Position numbers and translations under genes: made by a program. A model generated the notes under the pieces. That model worked only from the letters and a program-made list of their open reading frames with translations, did not search any database and was not told where the DNA came from. A stretch of 64,000 nucleotides of DNA, from assembly GCA_013265495.1 (NCBI GenBank), contig MU061579.1:5578963-5642962 (forward strand). The letters are read 5' to 3'. This DNA comes from Vicugna vicugna. Its lineage: Eukaryota. Of this stretch, positions 13,581-26,731 are shown one piece after another (positions within the stretch are counted from its first letter, which is position 1; each line of letters starts with the position of its first letter).

Positions 13581-14460
13581 CTTTAATGAAATGATAATAT
13601 ATAATAAAATAATAATCCTTCAGCTTATCACTGAAATTAAGAATATGCTGTTGATGAAACACCAGTGAGTACTTTAGTCAGATTAGGTAGTACATTGAGT
13701 CCTGGAGATTGTTGGTGGTGAAATAGATTATGTAATAACTTTTAAAGATACTTACAGGGACCTGCCCTGATCAACAGTTAGTCTAAGAAATATAACCAAC
13801 TCTTCCTTTACAACAAAGCAGTAAAATAACTTTGAAGAGTACATTTCAGTTTTAGAGGGTTTCAAGATATTTTCATAGTAATATCATCTAGTCAATATGT
13901 ATTTAAACGGGTCCAGAACAAATTGATCTTATAAAAATAGAAAAATCTTGGCCTTCTCAAAATTTTATAGTAAAAGAGTTTTCATATACACTGCTATTTC
14001 ATAAAGAGGGAGCCAGTCACTATGAACAACACCTATATTTTCTAATGTCAAGGAAATATACATTTTACAATGAATTTTGTTTTTCTATCACTTGATTTGA
14101 AAAGAAAACTTACAACTTGTATTTCAAAAGAAAAATGTATAACTTAGGGAATAACCTTAAGTAGAATTTTATAAAATTGCTATGTCCTTTAGACCAAACA
14201 GAAATGTCTAGATGATTAGAGCCTACTCTGTGGTTGCATTTCACGACACATTCAAAAAAGCACTAATCCAACCTTGTGGAAACTATCTTGATTTTGTTTC
14301 AATTATGCTTTTATTAAAAATCAGTACAAAATGCATGATCTTGATGCATCAGTTCATAACTATTTGAGAAACAGCATGTGGCAGACATCTCTACATGTGA
14401 TACAAATGATTTAAAGAAGAAGTTATAGTACCTAAGTTATGGAATACACAATGTAATGCG

Positions 14461-14615
14461 TGCTGAATATTTTCCAGTGGCTCTTTCAGATCCATTCTCC
14501 ACCCTTCTCCCATCCTGCCACGTGCCCCAAGAGGCTGACCTCGGTGGCTTTAACACTGGCTTTCCTGGCCTTCTGACAGCTGTTGGATTTGGCCAGTGAG
14601 AAACAGCATAATGAG
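14461..14615 (+). mobile_element. LTR33-like (ERVL) LTR 5' fragment
   Basis: cagatccattctccacccttctccatcctg...gaggctgacct...ggatttggccagtgag matches the recalled LTR33 start. Confidence 0.7.
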
Positions 14616-17600
14616 CTCATGATGTTTCTTTCCCCAGCTCCATCACTGAAGTTTTTTTTCTTAACAGATTGACTTGAGTGACAATTTGCTCATGACTGTT
14701 CTGCATGCCAATTGTTTGCCTTTTTTTTTTTTTTACATTTGCTAACTCAGAAGTGTCAAAAGTAATTATTTTCTTATATACATACATGATATATATGAAC
14801 AAAATATATAAACTCATAAAGGCTTTCTTAACTCCTTTACTAAGATATATTTTTATAATCAAATGATATGTCTTCATCTCAAGGTTGGGATATACAAATG
14901 TGTATATATTAGAATATGATTTTGTATTTTTACATATTGTAGCAAAGACATTTACAGTAAATTAGCACTTAGGCTAGCATGATATATCAAGGATATAAAA
15001 AAAGTTTATTCTTTGCAAATCCCACTTAACAGGTAAGCATCAGCTTATTAAAACTTTCTATAAATACATTTTAGACAAAATGAGTATAACCAAATTTTCC
15101 CTTCAAATTAATAATTAAACAAATTTTATATTATTGTATTATTCTTTAGAACAGTGCCATTAAGCTGATCTCTCTCTGTTTTTTAACACTACATGTGTTA
15201 AAATACTGACTCAATTTGATTAGTCCAAATGTCACTATTTATAATAAATTTTTAAAATTTCATTTACATTATCAAATTTAGTTATTAAAAACCTTCCTAC
15301 ATATACATTGTTATTCCTACATAGACATTCCTACATACATTGTTACTGATATTTGTGATGATCATTGCCTCTTTTTTTTTAAACTTTTCTCAATTTAGTT
15401 CATTTTGAACTCTATAAAATCACATTTTTAGCATACATTTCATCATGTAATACCCATAATCATACAACTCTAATGGCTTCCTATTTTCCATCAATTCTAT
15501 GTCCCATTCATCTTTCGGATATTCACAGCCCTCAGGTATCTGGCTGGTCTCCAACTTTAGTCATCCCATTTCCTGTCATTCTTTACCCCGTCTCTCTCTT
15601 ATGAGAACAATATAGTGATCATTATCCCCATTCACGTGCCTATTTTTCCCCACTTCCAAAATTAAATCTTAATTCCCTTCCAAATTTCAAGTCCCACCTC
15701 ATATGCTATGAATTTCGGAGGCTGCTTCAATTTAGCAATTAAGCAGTCGATATTTCCACATATTTTCAGAGAGTTTGAAACAATTTAGGGTAATAATAAT
15801 ACACTTTATATTTATATAGGATAAATGTAACAAAACTAAAAGAAATGTCAAAATCCCCATAAGAAAAAGGAGAAAGCATTTTGTCAGTACCTAGTGTAGA
15901 GGTTATCACAATAAGCATCCATGTAAGTGTAATTACATAGTGATATTTAACATCTATAATACACCATGTGAGATGATTTAGATTTTCACTGCTTTGTAAG
16001 CACATAGAGGGTGGGGAATGATAGCTCTTTCTGTATGTCTTATACTTATGCAGAATCTATAAATACATGCTCAGTGAATATCACTTGACTGACTAATTGA
16101 TAGGGTCATTAAATCTGCTTCACGGTGTGTGGCTACAGCGTTTATTACTGCTAATTCATAGATCTGTTGATCCTTTGACCCTTAATTTTTGCCTTTCATT
16201 GCAATGTATCAGCTGTGTTTTCAGCTTGCGAGCTCAGGATGATCTCCCAATTGCTGGATCTGCTCAATGTAATTTTAAGTTGTGAATTAATAGTTTACTG
16301 CTGTACCCGAGACCAAAAGCTGTATCTCACATGATCCAAACACACATATATATACAAGGGCCAGGAACCAATGGAAATTTGAAAACAGAGTAAGATAAAA
16401 GACTAAAGGAGGAAATTTCCCTTGTATTTCATTGGGTGGGAAGCTATTTTCAACAAACCAGAATGCATTCCCCACAACAGGCACCTCTATCTTCATCCAT
16501 TTTTAGGCGAGTGAATACAGCAGAGCAATCTGTGCCAAAGTGTCATAAAATTCACATTCTGAATGTTAAAATTTAGAGTTATATTGTGATTTTAATTCCA
16601 CGTATGGCTCCTAAACTGTCCTTGTCTGTCACGGAAATGGCTTCACGTCCCCAGATGATGTAAAACCCAGAAGCTCGAGCAGATTGGCAAGCCTCTTCCA
16701 GTTTTGAATCCCAAGGTTTTTATTTGCCTGCTACATAAATATTTTCTTGGTCATAACTGCAGCAAATGCTCAAGTAAAGATAGTTTGAAAATTCATAAAA
16801 AAAGAAATCAAATCTAATAACAGTATCTTTAAATAAAAAGTCTGGATTATCTTTCACTTTAAGTGAACAAAAGATAATGAAAGTAAATATTTTATATTAA
16901 CAATTACTAATAAAAAAGATTGGTTCCAAACAGTTTCCAGGAAATTTAAATTTGAAAGATTAAAATAAAGTTTCAGAGGAAGGTGTAATTATTTCTTATG
17001 TTATAAGACCTTAATAGAAATATATTTATGTTCGCAGAAACTACTGTCATAAAAATAACACTGTCATCTTTTAATTAAGAAAAAACAAAGCAAACAAAAT
17101 ACCAGTAAATAAAGAATACAGACAGCATCCCAAAGACAGTTACTAGATTTAAATACTGATCACTTAGCATAGTTTCCTACAAAAATAGCGAACCCATGCT
17201 CTGTAAAAAAAAATACAAGTGTAAAAGGGAATGCCACTGGAAATTTATGATCGCTCCTTAGCAACTATAAGCCCAGGAGTATCACTCATGATTTCAGAAC
17301 ATCGGCTGTTACTCTTCTCTTTCCTGAATTCCCTAGCCTACTCTGAAGGTCCGATGTTCATGAGTGCATTTTATTTTCAGAAAGCGTATTTTTTACAGTC
17401 ATTGTTACTGATCATCGCATCACACTTCAGTCCAGTTTATACCCCATGAGGTTATTTGTATCTGATTTTTGTGTTCTCTAGTGTCTGATGGCCTTTTTGT
17501 TTTTATTGTAAAATTTTAAGTCCTAGTTGTGACTTCTCGTACTCTAATTTCAAGGGGAAAAAAAAAAATCACAGCAGCTTCTTGTTTGCAGGTTCGTTTT

Positions 17601-18439
17601 GATCACCCGTCGGTTCAGTTCCACTTTTCTTGTTGCTGCCTTGTTTCTGTTGATGAAGATCAAGATAATGTTGTTGATTCCTGTGTCTTATTCCATGCCT
17701 TTGTTTTCACAATTGGATGGAGAAAATATCTGAGTAATCGTATTCAGAAAGAGTGGTTAGTTGTAAATATTATACATGTATATGCCTAGAAAATGATTCA
17801 TTGCTCCCAGACCTGAGTATTAGAATGACTGGATTTAGAAATTTAGGAATAATCTAATTTTCATTCAAAACATTGCAAATCATTCTTTCTGCTGACTAGA
17901 GGTCATGTGCCTTTTTCTTTTTGGCTCCATGCTTAATCATAATATTATTGTCTTTTTACCTTCTCTCCTCCAATTTCCATATGGAGAACCCCAGATTTAG
18001 GTCAAGTCTCTTGCTTAACATAAATTCTTTTCATTTCTCTCCAATGTCTTTGTTGTCTTTTTAAGAAATTCTTTAAGATAGATTATTGGATTTTCTGGAT
18101 ATTTATTATATCTTGGCTTCCACTATGAGTTCAAGTTCATTAATCCCATTTTCACTACTTACAGTTTGTGGGAAAACAGAAGCAATACAAATATTAAGGA
18201 CCACACAAAGAAGTGAGACATCACTTTTCTGCTCGCATCCTTGGCAAGCATCATAGAAAACGAGTCTCTGAATGTAGTTTTCAGTCAGCAGCCACGTACC
18301 CTGCAAAAACTCAGTTACTACAGAGAACAGTTGAACAGATAGCTTTGACCACCAGCAATCTTTTACACCTCATAATTCTTAAAAGCTCATCCATATTGAT
18401 GTATTTTAACTCAAATATCAGTTGAAACTCACCTCTGCC

Positions 18440-18665
18440 TTGGGTGACAGTTTAGTGCCGGGTACTTGGGATCTGGATTACCTGTGTTTGAAATAGCAAG
18501 AGCCATTAGTGGCTTGTAAAAGGGCAACTTACTTATCTTCTCACCACCCATGTTTCATCATCTGTAAAAAAGGAAATAATATCACAGATTTTATAATAGA
18601 CAAACAGATTAATAAGATTTATTATGATGAATAAATGGTTAATATACATAAAAGTCTTAAAACCT
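18440..18665 (+). mobile_element. MIR SINE
   Basis: Core gggcaacttacttatcttctc...tgtttcatcatctgtaaaaaaggaaataata. Confidence 0.7.
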
Positions 18666-18939
18666 TTACCAAAGTATATGATTTATTTTATATATGATGT
18701 ATGTTTGCCTGTGTAGTGTATGTGTGTATACCCACGTACATAGTTGAACTGAACCTTTTTACCACTCCTAAGATGTCTGTGAGTGTTTATACATAGAAAC
18801 TTAAATTTTTCCCAGTATCATTCATTTTTCACAATCTTGTACTCTACCTAGAAATTTTAAAACAGTGCCTTTTTATCTTCATTAAAATTGACAAAAATGT
18901 GATACTCAAAGCATTATCCTTTAAGTCCCTTATCTGTTA

Positions 18940-19265
18940 ATTTCAGAGATATTTATTGAATACTTCATGTCCACACTTGGTGATAGCTACTGTCATTACT
19001 GTGAGTTAAGACAGGGAAAGTCCTTGCTTTCATGGTTTATTTATATTATAGTTGATAAGAAAATAATAGGCAAATGCACACATTAACAAATTAGTTAATT
19101 GTGGGTTGTGATAAATGTCTTAAATAAAAATAATAATGTTCTGCAATAAAGAATAATGGAAGATACTTAGTTAGGAATACTCTGAGCAGGACAACTTAAA
19201 CAGAGATTTCAGTTTCAAGGAGTCTGCCTCGGGAAAAGCCCGGAGAAGAATATACCTCATAGAAC
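18940..19265 (-). mobile_element. L2 fragment
   Basis: atatttattgaatacttcatgtcc...aagacagggaaagtccttgctttcatgg is the antisense L2 3' end. Confidence 0.65.
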
Positions 19266-20309
19266 CAACTAAAAACTCAAAAATTGCTATTACTATTATT
19301 TTTTTAAATGGCTTTCACACCATGCCCCTCTGGGGGAAATCAAGCTTTAGTAGAGGTTTTTTTTTTTTTTTATTTTAAAGATGAAGGGTGTTGCAGAAAA
19401 CCAGAGCAAATTAAAATTGAATATACCATTCTCCTTCTAAAATATTTTTCCCCTCACTCTTATGTATAATAATTTTTCCCCTTTTCTCTCTTTTCTTTTT
19501 TCCCTATAATTTCTGATTCCTGATTGTGCAAATACAATTTTCATACGAGCCTTGCCTTTGCGTTAGGAATATAACTTTCTCTTCTCAGGTAACTTATCTT
19601 GTTTCAGGTTATCTTTTGAACATGAGTTCAGAATTTAACAGTTAAAATATGTCAACAGAATAATTTTTTCTCAGCAAGACATCTATTCTAACATAGAGGC
19701 TTTAAAATTACAATAAAAATACCACATAGAAAAATATATTTTCTCAACTTCATGGGTGTTTCTTAATAAAAGCATTTCTTGTTAACTCTAAAGATTGAAT
19801 GATGATAAATTCGAGAGATCTTCAGAGATTTCTTTAATAGCTACAGTATCTCAAACAGTAGAGCTGTTTATTCATTTCCATGGCAGACTGAAGTTCCAAA
19901 ATGTCTCTCTGGTCTTGATTTTTATTGCAGCATGTGTTGTGAAGAATCAACTGAGGCTATTTTATTTTCCAAAAAGAATTAAGACTCCAAAAGGGTAAAA
20001 TTAACAAAAATTCCTATATGCAAACAAAATAGCAGAACATTACAAGCAGTTACATTTCAAAAACAGTATCTATAAATCTGAATTCAATTTCAAACGACTT
20101 CCAAAGTGGTCTCCCTTCTAGTATTATCTCACCATATACATGTTGTCATTAAGGGACAATGTATTAAGAAGGAAAGACAGATTAACACGTTTCGAGCTGC
20201 TCCTTTATGTGAGGCATGATGATAGGTGTTTGAGTGAATGCATTCAGAGAAAGAAACCTACTGCTCAGACATCAGAAATAAGAAAACTGAAGCTTAGGAG
20301 CATAGCATT

Positions 20310-21240
20310 TTTCATTAATTTAAAAATATTTAATAAGAATCTTTTATTTACTAGGCATTGTGAGAGGCACTTGGTAACCAGGACTGACACGTCTACTCTC
20401 ACGGAGTTTACTGTATGGAAAGAGTAATGAGACATTAATAATCAATGATATTACTCAATTATAAACAGTGGTATGTAATATAAAGTTGTGAATGGTGCTG
20501 TCTCAGCCTGACAAAGTGTAGGGGTTATGAAACCTCCCCTAAAAAATGAAAAATTGAATTGAGAGATAAAAGATTTACAGAAACTAACTATTTACTAAAG
20601 GGTGGTGGATATATTGTAGGCACAGAGAGTAGTGCCTGACAGATGCCTGCAATGGAATAAAACACAATTGACTTAATGTTCTGAAAGAGATAGTGTGGTG
20701 TTGCATCCAAAGAACGAGTATAGAAGTTAAAAAAGAGAAATAAGACTGACTAAGTAAAACATGTAGGATCCTTAACCAATTTTTAAATAGTATTTTTTTC
20801 CTAAGAGAAGGGAAATTAATTAGAGCACTTTATGCATGAAAAATCAAGTTAACATGGAAAACACTCCCTCTGCAATTTGGGGAGTGGTTTGGAGGAAAAT
20901 AAAATTGAAATTGGTATACCAGTTTTGAAGGAGGTCCAAACAAAAGTTGATAGTATCCTGGACTGTGAAAACAGCAAGGAAAGTAAATACATATAAGAAA
21001 TACAGAAGAGGAAAAGAGCTGCAGAGTATGGGAATAAAAAGGTGAAAAATCTGAGAATCCATTTCTTAGATAATGACATTCATGTGTCATGCATTTTGGG
21101 TTATGGTATATTTGGCATCAAAGTCTTCAATGAATGAGGTGCTTGGAGGTTAGGTAGAAAGTAGCACTGAATAAGTAGAGAGGAAGTATAGTTGAATAAT
21201 TTAACTTTTAAATGATTAGAGACTTTGGAAGGACAGGGAG
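20310..21240 (-). mobile_element. L2 fragment
   Basis: aaatatttaataagaatcttttatttactaggcattgtgagaggcact...ctctcacggagtttactgtatgg, followed by purine-rich antisense L2 body. Confidence 0.6.
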
Positions 21241-21541
21241 TGTTTAGTGGTTTACATACCACAGCTGGAGGCAAAAAGAGCATCAATGTGACACAGGTTT
21301 TTACAGATTTAGTGCCCAATTAATTCACCGTGTACTGAAGGCCTCTCATTCTCCACTTCACACCAGCTCATGCCAGATTCTGACCGATTCTAGGAGACTG
21401 ACATTTATTCCTCAGTGAACCACAGACTGTGTTCATATGGACATGCATTAAAGAAATGAACACCAGAAAGCATACTGCATGTCAACAATGGTGTGAATCA
21501 CTGGAACACAATAATATGAACAAAGGAAACATCATCCCTAC

Positions 21542-21967
21542 TGTCAGCCAAGGGAGGCTGACGTGGTGTTCTAGGAGGTGAGCGGCCCAAACGAAAAAAT
21601 GCACGAGGAGTTGCCATACCGCCAGACAGACTTCAGCCGGAGACACCACGGAGTTAACAACACTTTATTGCCACAGGGAGGGGCGCGCCTATGATGCACC
21701 TGTCCTGCTTTTATCTGTTTTCTGTCAGCACATGCGCAGTCTGAGTTTCTTTGTTCATTAGGCTTACAGAATATCTCTAGCATGTGCGTACTTCTATTTT
21801 CTTTGTTCTACATCTTATATAATTGACACATGCGTGGAGCAATTATTTACTGCATACTATAAACATACTCTGATCGTGGCCTTGGGTCCCACGGCTGTAA
21901 CTCATCTCAATGCTCCGATTGTGGCCTTGGGTCCCACGGCCTTAACTCATCTCAAGACCAGCTCACA
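21542..21967 (-). mobile_element. Young solo retroviral LTR (426 bp) with perfect 5-bp TSD
   Basis: TG...CA termini with a 6/7 inverted repeat (TGTCAGC / GCTCACA). TSD cctac at 21537-21541 and 21968-21972. AATAAA on the minus strand at 21664-21669. Internal 39-bp direct repeat at 21872-21910 and 21917-21955. Many intact CpGs. Confidence 0.85.
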
Positions 21968-21977
21968 CCTACATATT

Positions 21978-22165
21978 CAGAGTATATAATCATTTTCATT
22001 GTATCTTGAGATGTGCATAAAAATTCCCTGGGTAACTTATTTAAAATGCAGACTCTTGAGCTCTTTGTTCACTGATTAAATGTACCAGGCAGTGGAAAAA
22101 GAAATCTGCATTGCCACAAGCACTTGAGTTGATTTTGATGCCAATGGCCCAGAGAAATCCTGAAT
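21978..22165. mobile_element. MER5-type hAT-Charlie DNA transposon remnant
   Basis: gtgcataaaaattccctgggtaacttatttaaaatgcagactcttgagc...aatctgcatt...tgattttgatgc. Confidence 0.55.
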
Positions 22166-24342
22166 TAATGGATGAGTCTCTCCAATAGGACAAGAAAAAA
22201 AAATAGCATAAAATGTATTTTTCTTGTTCTATTTTGACCAAAATGTATACATGTTTTTTCCTTCTCTTTTTAGAAATATTAAGTCCCTGGTGTTCAAGAA
22301 TGCAAAAAATGTTGTTAGTAGTCTCTGCACCACCCACTCAAGGGCTCCCAAATTTTGCAGGAGTCATGTGAGTGACACCTCTTGTATAGAATTGCTGGAA
22401 ATGGCTTAAACTAATCAGTGTGATTGAATTGGTAGTGAGGAAGTGACCTAGATGGGACACATAAGAGAGAATTGTGGATTTTTTATTTTTTGTTAATGTT
22501 TAAGTAAAGGCAGTCTCTCCCCTGGATGGAGGATGGAGTGATATTAATTTCTGAGTTCCAGAATATGTAAACATTTGGTCTCCATGCTGTTCGGATGAAT
22601 CAGAAACAAGTCCAGGAAGAAAAGCGAAACCGAGAGAATTTAACCTGATACCCTTAATTTTGTCTTCAGCTGTGTAATCATATAATCCCCTACTTTTATT
22701 TTTTTCAGCCAATTGGCTATTGTCACTGATAATAGGCAACAGTAATTTAGAGTTTTGGACTCTGTGTTAGATTTTTATTGTCCTATGAGTCTTCCTAAAT
22801 CGTAAGAATTAGGAATTCTTCCTAACTCATAAAATGCACCAAAGAATTGCTTGAATTATTTTTACCTTTTCTTATTCTTCCTTTCATTCTTACTTAACTA
22901 GTTCCTCTTTTACAGTAATAGTCTACATTAGGATAACAAAAATTAGCTAGTTTTTGGGATCAAACAACAATATACTCTAACAGAAGACTGTGATTTTTTT
23001 TTAAATAACGCATATAAATCTGTTGTCCTATAGAAATAATTTTTTCTTATCAGTACAAAACATTAACAATTTATCTGTCACTAAAATGGTCATTCTGAAG
23101 TTAGATTTTTTTTTCTCCATAAGTAGCTGACCTGTATTTTCAGTTTGAATTAAAAGTTATTTTCAAATGTAGCTTGACTGTTTTCCTGAAAATTGATTTT
23201 TAATAAATTATGACAGGTTTCTCATTTATTGATTATATTAATGTCTTAGCTTGCAAAATGGCATCATTTTTGAATATGAGAAGACAAAATCTTTTAATTT
23301 AAAAAGAGAACTTTTTTCAGAAAGCATAAATGAATGGATTTTTAATATCATTAGATATGAATATTATTATAATATTTATAAAGAAGTTTCTCTCAATTTT
23401 GGTATTTCTCAAACTGAGAGGCAACTATAACAGCTTTAAAATAAGAAAAAAATATATTTCCAAACATCTTTGCAACCGTAAGTTACTGAACTTTGAAACT
23501 TCCATTCTTTACATCCACTCCTCTAGAATCCTTCTCATCTTTATTCTTTCATTTTCCCATATTTTTACCATCTGTTCTATCTTCTGTATGGAGTTAATAA
23601 GGATTCTACTATTTATCTATAAGAAATACCCACATAATTTTTTTATCTTGTCATTCTCAAATGAATTGTCTGAATAATCACTAAGAATTCTTCTGAGTCA
23701 TATATTTGAATATGTTTTTATATTTAATAAGTGATAGGTTATCCTCATAATTGGACACCTTTGTAACTCTTGTATCATATTTCCTTAACCTAGATACGTC
23801 AGCAATATCTACTATAAGTGGTTCAAAAAATTACTCACCACTCTCGTTCTTGTCTCTTGGCTTGACATACACTATCTTTTCTGCCACCATTGAACTTTCT
23901 TCAAAACATAACCTTTGCCTAATTAAAGCCTACTCATGAATTAAACTCAAATTCAGTTGCCATTTCTTTCAGGAGGTACTCTTCAGTGGCCGCTTGACCA
24001 AAAAAAAGAAAGAAAAGGCTTGGATATTCTTTCTTTCTGCAAAATTCTGTGAGGCGAACCATAGTACTTCCCTTACATTAAATGTTGGTAGACAAATCAA
24101 ATTATATTTATTAATTTATTAAAAGTATTGTGGAGCTGTTCCTGTCATTCCCTATCCGTTCCCCACTGGTTACCAGTATATAGAAAGTGTTCTTGTTTGG
24201 TAGAAGCAGGGGAGTAGCTCTAGGAGTCTTCTTGGTTAAGGGATAAGGTTGAGAAAACTGGCCCTGGAGGGGTAACAGAGCCTCTAGAATAACTGAGGAA
24301 TCTGAGGGACATTCCACAGGGAGCTTTTAAGCATAAGCGCAA

Positions 24343-24790
24343 TGTAGAGAACTGAATGGTGCCCCCCTCCTCACAAGGCATGCCCATGTGCAGTCCCTGG
24401 AACCAGTGAACGTGACCTTATTTGGAGAAAGGGTCACTGCAGTTGTAGTTAAATTAAGGATATAAATGAAATCATCCTGGGTTATCCAGGCTAAATTCAG
24501 TGTCAAGTGTTGCTATAAATGACTCACAGCGGAGAAACATGGGGGAAGGCTGGAGAAAGCCATGTGGCAGTGGAGGCACATGTTGGAGTTAGCCAGAGAT
24601 CACCTAGAGCCACCAGAACCTGGAATTAGCAAGGAAAAACACTCCTCTAGAGCCTTCTCAGGGAGCAGAATGGTGCCAACATTTAAATTTCAGATTTCCA
24701 ACCTCCAGAACTGGGAGATAATAAATTTCTGAGATTTTAGGCTACCAATTTGTGGTTATTTGTTACAGCAGAACTAGGAAACCAATAGAA
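24343..24790 (+). mobile_element. MLT1C/D-type (MaLR) solo LTR
   Basis: gtgaacgtgaccttatttggagaaagggtc...gccaccagaacctggaa...cctccagaactgggagataataaatttctg...ggttatttgttacagcag...ggaaaccaataga. Confidence 0.88.
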
Positions 24791-24849
24791 GCAATATGAT
24801 TGGATTTTGTTTTCTAAAGGTCACAATGGTAGATTCTAAATGAGCACAA

Positions 24850-25415
24850 ATATAACCAGTGACAAGATGGCCTTAATCTCTCTCTCAGTTTGACTAAACT
24901 TTGGATAAGTTTCCTCCTGACTCTAGGCCTCTGAATTTACTTTTTTCATAACTTACTTTAGAAAACGTGTAATTGCAGATTCTTTCTCTGTCCCTTGGAG
25001 ATGTAAATCATTTTAAAAGCCTCTTGCCAGTTTTGCAATGCAGGGGTGTCTTTCTCAAGGCCCTGGACACTATCTCTTTGAAATGGAATTTGTCAAAGAT
25101 AGCTCTCTGTGCCCCAGTAGGAGGGTAGGAGCCTAACTTGGGAAGATGGTGAGTGGCCTTGCTCCAAGTTGCAAAACTACCTCCTATCATAAAAGTATGG
25201 GAAGTTTCATGTTCCTTTGACAGACACAAATGATCTAACATCCTCTGGTACTTTTCCACTCATGTACCCCAGACTTTAAAATCCCTACTTTCTTTTGCTT
25301 CAGCAGATTTGGGCTCAGACTGAGTTCTCACATCTCTCCCTTATCGCAGGAGCCGTAAGTAAAGTTGTCCTTGCCCGTTTGGCTTTCTTCAGTCCCAATT
25401 TTTGCTTTTGCTTTG
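24850..25415 (+). mobile_element. ERV1-class (MER-type) solo LTR
   Basis: ttgactaaacttt...ctgactctaggcc...gagatgtaaatc...aaaagcctcttgccagtttt...gagggtaggagcctaactt, with a variant poly(A) signal agtaaagttgtccttg near 25358-25373. Subfamily and ends uncertain. Confidence 0.7.
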
Positions 25416-26562
25416 GTACCAGGAACACTAGTACTTGTCCTGTTGCCATATCTGACTACAAACACTTAAGGGTATTAACTCTGGGGATTCAGACTAGAAG
25501 TCCTGTCCAGCCTTGGAGAGAAAAAATTTCCAAGTCAAACTCTTGAACTTTCACGAAGTATGAGTCCTGTTATCACTGCCTGTAGCAAAACTCATCATTC
25601 AGTAATAGACCAGACTGGAGCTGGAAATGAGGGAGCAAAGTGTGATATCTGGAGAACGCAGGAGGAAATCAGCATATATATAGTTACAGAAGCCTGGGAA
25701 AGCCCCTGTCCTGTGGTAGACAGCAGGAGCTCAGAGACTGAGAAAGAAGCAGGTTCACAGCAACTTGCATACCTGTTCTCTACCTTACGTGGTATCCACT
25801 GTAAGTTGATCTCAGCTCAGGTGGAGCTCTACCTTTATTCATGGCCAGGAAGGCAGGGAGAATCTTTCATGTCAGGTACGCTTGCCCTGTTCAACTTAAA
25901 AACCTGGGAAGGCATCACTCTCAAATCTTTATTCTGCTTTTTGTGCAGCATTTACTAAACTGTAAAACTGAATCTGAACAGAGAACTTATTTCCCTTTAC
26001 TATGGAATTGTGCTTAATGGTTTTAAGCAGAAACAAATTGTAAAACATTTTCTTTTTTCATGTGTTGAGAAGACAAACACAACAGGATCATAGTTTTGAA
26101 AGTATAAACCCAATGGAGGTTTTTCATTCATTTGTTCACTTTTAGAAAAGAAGAAATACATTAATTCATAGGAATTCAATTAGCTAAGAATTGTTTTTAT
26201 AGCTTCAGGCAAGTCATGATAGAAGAGAAATTCCAAAAGTAAACTAAATCAATGATTATAAAATCAGAGTCAGTGAAGGGCCATAGTTTTAGGAGATTAT
26301 CTAATGACTAACCTACATGCTCTTAGACTGAATAAAGATTTCCCAGATTCATAAAGAGGAAGCAGCAAGCTTCTTGTGAAAAATTTTCCCTTGGGTCAGA
26401 GTCTGTTGATTAGCATATTATACAATCTTCCGTAATGCATTATCTGTTATTCTGTTGTTTTTTTTTAATTGTTCAGCAGAAATTCAAAGAAACTTTATAT
26501 GTCAACCTAAGGATAGAATTATTTAAGTTTTATGATTTTTCTTATCTTTTTTAGTTGTCTAG

Positions 26563-26731
26563 AACCTTGATACTTGAAGTGCGTTCCATGAATCAACAGT
26601 ATCAACATCATCTGGGAGCTTGTTAGAAAAAGAGAATCTCAGGTCCTTCCCCAAACCTTCTGAGTTAGAATCTACATATTAACATAAACTCCTGGGGGAT
26701 TTGTATGCACATTAAATTTTGAGAAGCACTA
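26563..26731. mobile_element. MER5A hAT-Charlie DNA transposon
   Basis: cagtatcaacatcatctgggagcttgttagaaa...gaatctcagg...tgtatgcacattaaattttgagaagcact is a close match to the recalled MER5A consensus. Confidence 0.85.

Noticed and set aside
21542..21800. Host gene CpG-island promoter
   Set aside because: The CpG-rich segment is bounded by TG..CA ends and a 5-bp TSD, so an LTR explains it better.
23330..23677. 115-aa hydrophobic ORF suggesting a membrane protein
   Set aside because: The F/I/L/K bias simply reflects AT-rich non-coding DNA; there is no splice or homology support.
25560..25958. 132-aa ORF downstream of an LTR as a possible gag remnant
   Set aside because: No primer-binding site or recognisable gag/pol motif is visible.
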